Of a DNA stretch of 64,000 nucleotides, positions 59,415 through 64,000 are shown in pieces (the first letter of the stretch is position 1; each line of letters begins with the position of its first letter). Below the pieces are notes generated by a model. The model worked only from the letters and a program-made list of their open reading frames with translations. It searched no databases and had not been told where the DNA came from. The position numbers and the translations under genes are program-made. The stretch is from an uncultured virus (IMG/VR IMGVR_UViG_3300046169_000098). Taxonomy: Duplodnaviria; Heunggongvirae; Uroviricota; Caudoviricetes. The stretch lies in the IMG/VR virus record IMGVR_UViG_3300046169_000098. The stretch is one strand, 5' to 3'.

Positions 59415-60012
59415 AAACCCATTCTACATCATCCATTTCAGAAGATTCTGGACGATATAATAATTCTGAGCTCCAATTAGGATCTTTAGGATAACGATCT
59501 CCTAGGAATTTTTTAAGTGATGCTACAAACTCACCTTGTGAGTTATAAAAAAACTCACCTTTACTGTAACTAGTTCTATTAGTTAACTCATACAGCTCTT
59601 TAATGCACATTTGTATTTGAAAGGTCTGTATGTTATTAAAGAGTTCAACTTGTTCTGCACGTGTTTTTGTGCAAAAAACAGAGTCAACAACAATGAGATA
59701 GTTTTTCCACTTTTCACCGTTAAATAAATTATCTTCTATGTCTTTAACTGTACTATAGCCTGCACGCTTAACATTTAATTTAGTGTCTTTACCCTCAAAG
59801 TTTTTAATAAATCTTCCTCCGAATATATTTTTCTTTAAGAAATAAACGTTGTCGTAAAACTTCTTAACTCTAATTTGATATTGTGGATTTACATCATCAA
59901 ATTTTACATCATATATAGTTGCCCTAACTGGAATAAGTACATTAGGCTGTTGGGTAGTAGAGATCAATGCTTGGACTTGTTCTCCTTTAGAAAATAATTT
60001 ATGCTTAATCAT
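59413..60012 (-). CDS. hypothetical protein
   Basis: 199-aa ORF, translationally coupled. Confidence 0.7.
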   Translation of the reverse strand: MIKHKLFSKGEQVQALISTTQQPNVLIPVRATIYDVKFDDVNPQYQIRVKKFYDNVYFLKKNIFGGRFIKNFEGKDTKLNVKRAGYSTVKDIEDNLFNGEKWKNYLIVVDSVFCTKTRAEQVELFNNIQTFQIQMCIKELYELTNRTSYSKGEFFYNSQGEFVASLKKFLGDRYPKDPNWSSELLYRPESSEMDDVEWV

Positions 60013-60409
60013 TATCTATAAACTTAACATTATCAAATTTGCTCAATACACCTCTTTTAGGGTAATCACATCTGTTGATAATAGTCAAGTCTAAGTTAAT
60101 GTCTCTGTCTTGAACAAGATCAGTAATAAAATCTTTAAAACCAGAAACACTCTTAGTGTCTAGGTCTTTGAACATATACGCTATTGAAATTTCTTCAACT
60201 TCACTAGAATCATTGATTAATTTTTGTAACATTTTTCTAATATAAAGTGCTACAATAATAGACGACGGTTCAGAACCATACGGGTCACTTTTAATCAATC
60301 GATTAAAAATATCAAAATAAGATACAGCTAGATCGTAATCTCTAGATTTAGCTAATTTTTCAAATTCTGTTTTAGTTTTGCACCAGACGCCGTCTATTTT
60401 TAAAGTCAT
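60005..60409 (-). CDS. hypothetical protein
   Basis: 134-aa ORF, coupled. Confidence 0.7.
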   Translation of the reverse strand: MTLKIDGVWCKTKTEFEKLAKSRDYDLAVSYFDIFNRLIKSDPYGSEPSSIIVALYIRKMLQKLINDSSEVEEISIAYMFKDLDTKSVSGFKDFITDLVQDRDINLDLTIINRCDYPKRGVLSKFDNVKFIDND

Positions 60410-60729
60410 TATTTTAGTTGTGATTTGTAATACTTAAGCTTAGACTCAAGTTCTATAATCTTTGTTTTTATTTCTTTTTCAGTAGGTTTATATTTTACAC
60501 CCCAATCTGCTCTAATAGTCAATTCGTCTGAATCTAATTGTGTTCCAGTTGCCATTCCCAAGTCCATTACTAGTTCTTTAAGAAATTTAATTTGATTGCC
60601 TCTGGTTTTACTTCCCTCAAATTCATAAACAGTTCTAGAAGTGTATTCTTCTCCACCACCATTTACGTTATCATCAAAGACGAATTTAATTAGCCCGTTA
60701 TCTGCAGGTTCTATACTAATAGTAATCAT
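60409..60729 (-). CDS. hypothetical protein
   Basis: 106-aa ORF, coupled. Confidence 0.7.
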   Translation of the reverse strand: MITISIEPADNGLIKFVFDDNVNGGGEEYTSRTVYEFEGSKTRGNQIKFLKELVMDLGMATGTQLDSDELTIRADWGVKYKPTEKEIKTKIIELESKLKYYKSQLK

Positions 60730-60737
60730 TCAGTAGA

Positions 60738-61130
60738 TTATTTTGTTCGGTTAGCTCTTAGTTCTTTAACTTGTGCTAATAGTTGCTTTCTCTTTTTCTT
60801 ATCTTCTCGATAAGTTTCTTTATCTTTAATTGCACCTAGAGCCCATGCTTCTTCTAATAGTTGCATTTCTTGATCATTATAACCCTGTTCTTTCCATGCT
60901 AATTTTGCAGAATCCAGTGCTGCTTCTAATCTAGCTGCGTTTAACTCTTCAATACGTCTAGTGTTTTCAGCGTGTAGTTTTTTACCATATGCAATGTTTT
61001 CAGATCTAACCTTTGATCTAACTTCACCAAAATATGGCATCTTACTAAGTGCCTTAATAATACCTTGTTGCTTTAAGTAAGCTCTTCTTTGTCTACGATT
61101 TGGCGTTGCCTGATTTTGTTGTTGTTCCAT
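60738..61130 (-). CDS. basic helical hypothetical protein
   Basis: 130-aa ORF with PNRRQRR motif. Confidence 0.7.
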   Translation of the reverse strand: MEQQQNQATPNRRQRRAYLKQQGIIKALSKMPYFGEVRSKVRSENIAYGKKLHAENTRRIEELNAARLEAALDSAKLAWKEQGYNDQEMQLLEEAWALGAIKDKETYREDKKKRKQLLAQVKELRANRTK

Positions 61131-61680
61131 TGTAATAATTTTTAATAAATGATTCTATTTGTTCTTTTAATTGGTCTCTTAAATTATCTATCTGACTTTC
61201 TACTAGCAGCCCTATTTGTTCATTAAGATCCTTTTTTGTAATATCCATTTGATCTTTAAATAGATCATATACCTCTTTAGAAGGAATGTTAACCTTAACT
61301 GGCATATTAGCATGATTTTTTGCACTTAGTTTTCTAAGCATTTCCATCATAACATTAACCTCAGCCGTATTTACAACTTCAGGAGAATTAGAGGGTTTAG
61401 GAGCATCTTGTTTAGTATTTACAGGTAATGCATCTTTTATACCTGAACCAGATGGGTTAAAACCAAGAGATAGCGCTTTGGCATCTTCTTCACTTCTGGC
61501 TTCTAAAAGCATTTCAGTTACTAAATTTCTGGCACATTTAGACCCATCTGTAAACGCTATAAATTTATTATCTGATTTTTCTTCGTCTACTGTTACTATG
61601 TTTCCAGCTCTTTCGGTTTTACCCCAAACATACATAGTTGGCTGTTCGACCGTCTTAGTATTGTTTTGATCTACACTCAT
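61093..61680 (-). CDS. hypothetical protein (probable start MSVDQ)
   Basis: ORF track 61093..61755; ATG 61680 follows an A-rich leader and avoids overlap. Confidence 0.65.
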   Translation of the reverse strand: MSVDQNNTKTVEQPTMYVWGKTERAGNIVTVDEEKSDNKFIAFTDGSKCARNLVTEMLLEARSEEDAKALSLGFNPSGSGIKDALPVNTKQDAPKPSNSPEVVNTAEVNVMMEMLRKLSAKNHANMPVKVNIPSKEVYDLFKDQMDITKKDLNEQIGLLVESQIDNLRDQLKEQIESFIKNYYNGTTTKSGNAKS

Positions 61681-61708
61681 ATCTTTTTTATTTTTAAGCT
61701 TTTTGTTT

Positions 61709-61930
61709 CTACGTTGTAGAGCCCGATACATTATTGTTAACAGTTCTACTATCATTATACTCTTGTTTTATAAATTGTTTAATAAAATCAATAGAAGCCT
61801 CAGGCCCGATGATCGCATCTCGCCTTTGATATGGCACACACCATCTTTCTATAAATCTTTGGTTTCCATTTTCTAATAAGAATTTTTTTAATTCTTCTAC
61901 TTCAGGTAAATACATTTTATTAAATCCCAT
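61709..61930 (-). CDS. small hypothetical protein
   Basis: 73-aa ORF MGFNKMYLP... Confidence 0.65.
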   Translation of the reverse strand: MGFNKMYLPEVEELKKFLLENGNQRFIERWCVPYQRRDAIIGPEASIDFIKQFIKQEYNDSRTVNNNVSGSTT

Positions 61931-61935
61931 ATTGT

Positions 61936-62517
61936 TTATTTTTCTGTGTCAAAAAAGAATGTTTGAAACAATCTTCCATTGTTAATATCTGTTCCAAAAT
62001 AGTCAAGTGAAGAATGAAAAAGATCACCTTGATAAATGACTAATCTATTATACTTATTACCAATAAAATCTACCATTTCCCATTTTGTCATATCCCTTGA
62101 GTCTTGATAAATTAATTCCATCATTGGTTCGTTTATTTCACCTGACGGCAGTCTTGGTATTTTATACGTGTTGGTTGCCTTATGTTTAAAAATTCCAGTT
62201 CCACCAGAAAGAGGTGCGTTAGGTGTTAAATATAAAACTCCAGCCCAATGATTATTTTCATCAGCATGGATCCAACTTCTATCTTCTTGTGTTGTGTATT
62301 GAAAAGCACCCGTATATTCTTCTGTAACCCATGATATTTTACCATGATATGGCTCGATGTGTTCAGCAATGTGTCCGGCTGTGCTTTCGTTTAAAAATGG
62401 AATCGTCCTATTACCAGGAAAATTGCCACTAACATTATATTCTTGAGTTAGTGCAAATTCTCTAACATCATCTGGGTTTTCATAAAAGTCGTCAATAATT
62501 ATTGATGTGTATGCCAT
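61936..62517 (-). CDS. 2OG-Fe(II) oxygenase superfamily protein (DUF6445-like)
   Basis: IIIDDFY.NPD.VR, FPG.R, WIHAD (HxD), AGVLYL, NRL..Y...FHS and GRL.Q.FF. Confidence 0.8.
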   Translation of the reverse strand: MAYTSIIIDDFYENPDDVREFALTQEYNVSGNFPGNRTIPFLNESTAGHIAEHIEPYHGKISWVTEEYTGAFQYTTQEDRSWIHADENNHWAGVLYLTPNAPLSGGTGIFKHKATNTYKIPRLPSGEINEPMMELIYQDSRDMTKWEMVDFIGNKYNRLVIYQGDLFHSSLDYFGTDINNGRLFQTFFFDTEK

Positions 62518-64000
62518 TATTTTATAGTTTTAAGCCTTTCTAAAAAGGATGGAGGGAAGAATCCCTTCTTATTTATCAGGTTTTTAAAGCTAGCGTCCAG
62601 GATATATGTAATAGCCCAATCATCTTCACTTCTTACAGATCTACCTACACCTTGCATAACACTAATGCCAGTTTTCCAATCATACCACTCATTAGATGTA
62701 TTTAATTTGGCTTTAATAAGAGGCTCGTTTAAATTAGGATAAGGTACTTTAAAAAATATTTGAAATCTACTAGTATCGTCTTTAAGATCTAACCCTTCTA
62801 ACAGAGATGGTCCCATTAATATAGCATTTTCTTTTTTCTTGAATAGATCAATCATCCCAGCCTTCTCTTTAGAATTTTCATAATCCATAATTCTAAAAGG
62901 ATGCTTAGTGTTCTGTTTAATATAATTAGTAAACTCATATGATCCTGTGTGAATGATTCCACGCTGACCCTTATGCTTGTCTATGATTTGATCTAAGATA
63001 GCAACCACATGTGGTAGACTTTTAACTTTCTCTCTATATGTTAATTTGTGCCTATTAATAAAAACCACTGGAGATTTATCATAATTGAACGCATTGTCTA
63101 ATCTAATAAACTGAGCGTTCTTGATTCCCATAATTTTTACAAAAGATCTAGGATCACCAATAGTTGCACTCATAAATACTTTAAATCCAGACTGTTCATG
63201 TAAATACTTATTAATCATAAGAGCTTCTTCAACACATTTAAATGTTGATTCTTCTTCTCTCTGATCCAGTACCATTTTATCAACACCTACTGTTTTTATC
63301 AATGCAACATAATCGTTTATTTTACAGTGAGTGTCTTTTAATCTATCGAATAGCCCGAATGCCTTTTGCCAATCTCTTGGAAGTGTTTGATTTTTATATC
63401 TTAATTTGGCTACTTTACTTCCTTCATTTTTAATTTTACCATATACTTTGAGAATAGCGTCAAATTCCTGAAGAGCCTCAAAAACAGTTGTCTTATCACC
63501 TTTCATCATGTCATTAACTAGGCTTGTTAATTTACCTCTAGTATATGCACTACTACCAAATCCTTGTTTATTTGAAAATTTAGTTGCGTCTAAGATTTTA
63601 TCTACTAAGGAAGGATCAACTCTCGGACTAAAATGGTTTTGAACAATTTCATCTATTTTATGTGCTTCGTCAAAAAACACAAAATCTCTTTTTTCAAATG
63701 GAATAGGTCTATCATCTAATTTCATTTTAGCATCTACATAATTTCGTTGAATTAACCAAAACGCGTAATTTAGTAAAGCAACAGGTTGATTAATTGCTCT
63801 CGATCTGTTTTGTAGATACTCACACGAATTGTAACAAGATAATTCTTTAGCGGCCTCGTAACCTAAGCCTTTAAGTTTACAATCACCTAATGAAAACGGC
63901 AAGCCGTTTACAGAACATTCATAATTGTCAACACCTCGAATTGAAGGCCAATTCAGTTTGAGCCTCATGAAGTCCGACTCGTATTGATCTTGCAATGTAA
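62517..64000 (-). CDS. DinG/XPD-family helicase (5' end outside the window)
   Basis: FFDEAH, MSATI, HTGSY, EGLDL, KVPYP, QGVGRSVR...D..TYILD; Cys residues of an FeS-like region near the edge. Confidence 0.88.
   Translation of the reverse strand, partial: TLQDQYESDFMRLKLNWPSIRGVDNYECSVNGLPFSLGDCKLKGLGYEAAKELSCYNSCEYLQNRSRAINQPVALLNYAFWLIQRNYVDAKMKLDDRPIPFEKRDFVFFDEAHKIDEIVQNHFSPRVDPSLVDKILDATKFSNKQGFGSSAYTRGKLTSLVNDMMKGDKTTVFEALQEFDAILKVYGKIKNEGSKVAKLRYKNQTLPRDWQKAFGLFDRLKDTHCKINDYVALIKTVGVDKMVLDQREEESTFKCVEEALMINKYLHEQSGFKVFMSATIGDPRSFVKIMGIKNAQFIRLDNAFNYDKSPVVFINRHKLTYREKVKSLPHVVAILDQIIDKHKGQRGIIHTGSYEFTNYIKQNTKHPFRIMDYENSKEKAGMIDLFKKKENAILMGPSLLEGLDLKDDTSRFQIFFKVPYPNLNEPLIKAKLNTSNEWYDWKTGISVMQGVGRSVRSEDDWAITYILDASFKNLINKKGFFPPSFLERLKTIK

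Noticed and set aside
1338..63433. Numerous plus-strand ORFs of 60-150 aa in the ORF track
   Set aside because: All lie antisense to long minus-strand genes, are Ser/Leu/Phe-rich shadows of the coding strand and show no recognisable motifs.
1..64000. Alternative genetic code (stop-codon reassignment)
   Set aside because: Very long ORFs are open in the standard code; TAA, TAG and TGA all end genes; breaks are frame changes rather than in-frame stops.
1..64000. Introns, inteins, homing endonucleases or transposases
   Set aside because: No LAGLIDADG, HNH, GIY-YIG, intein or DDE motifs noticed; helicases, primase and SSB are of normal length.

Overview
The window is an AT-rich (visually about 30-33% GC) 64 kb segment of a large T4-like contractile-tailed phage, with essentially all genes on the minus strand. 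Several signs point to a Bacteroidota host: a BACON domain, A-rich start regions lacking Shine-Dalgarno sequences, TAnnTTTG-like promoter repeats and a Bacteroidota-phage-type spanin-like gene. In transcription order (right to left) it holds: a DinG-like helicase and a 2OG-Fe(II) oxygenase; small hypotheticals; a baseplate/neck module (gp53-, gp27-, gp5-, gp13-, gp25-, gp6-like) with a ribosomal protein S1 homologue and an amidoligase-like gene inserted; giant structural/adhesin proteins, a collagen tail fibre, a pol-beta-like nucleotidyltransferase, a BACON protein, a spanin-like gene and a gp3/gp19-like gene; a replication module (RuvC-like, gp32, primase, UvsY, UvsW); a block of probable internal head proteins with T4-like capsid-targeting motifs, including two RNA-ligase-fold proteins, one fused to an NMNAT/cytidylyltransferase-like domain; a short early-gene island; and a thymidine-hypermodification-type cluster (DUF6378, SGNH-like, two amino acid:DNA transferases, PLP enzyme) that runs off the left edge. 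Three promoter-like motif classes are visible. About ten genes are split by +1 insertions that most likely are long-read sequencing errors. All family assignments come from motif recognition by eye; no database searches were run.
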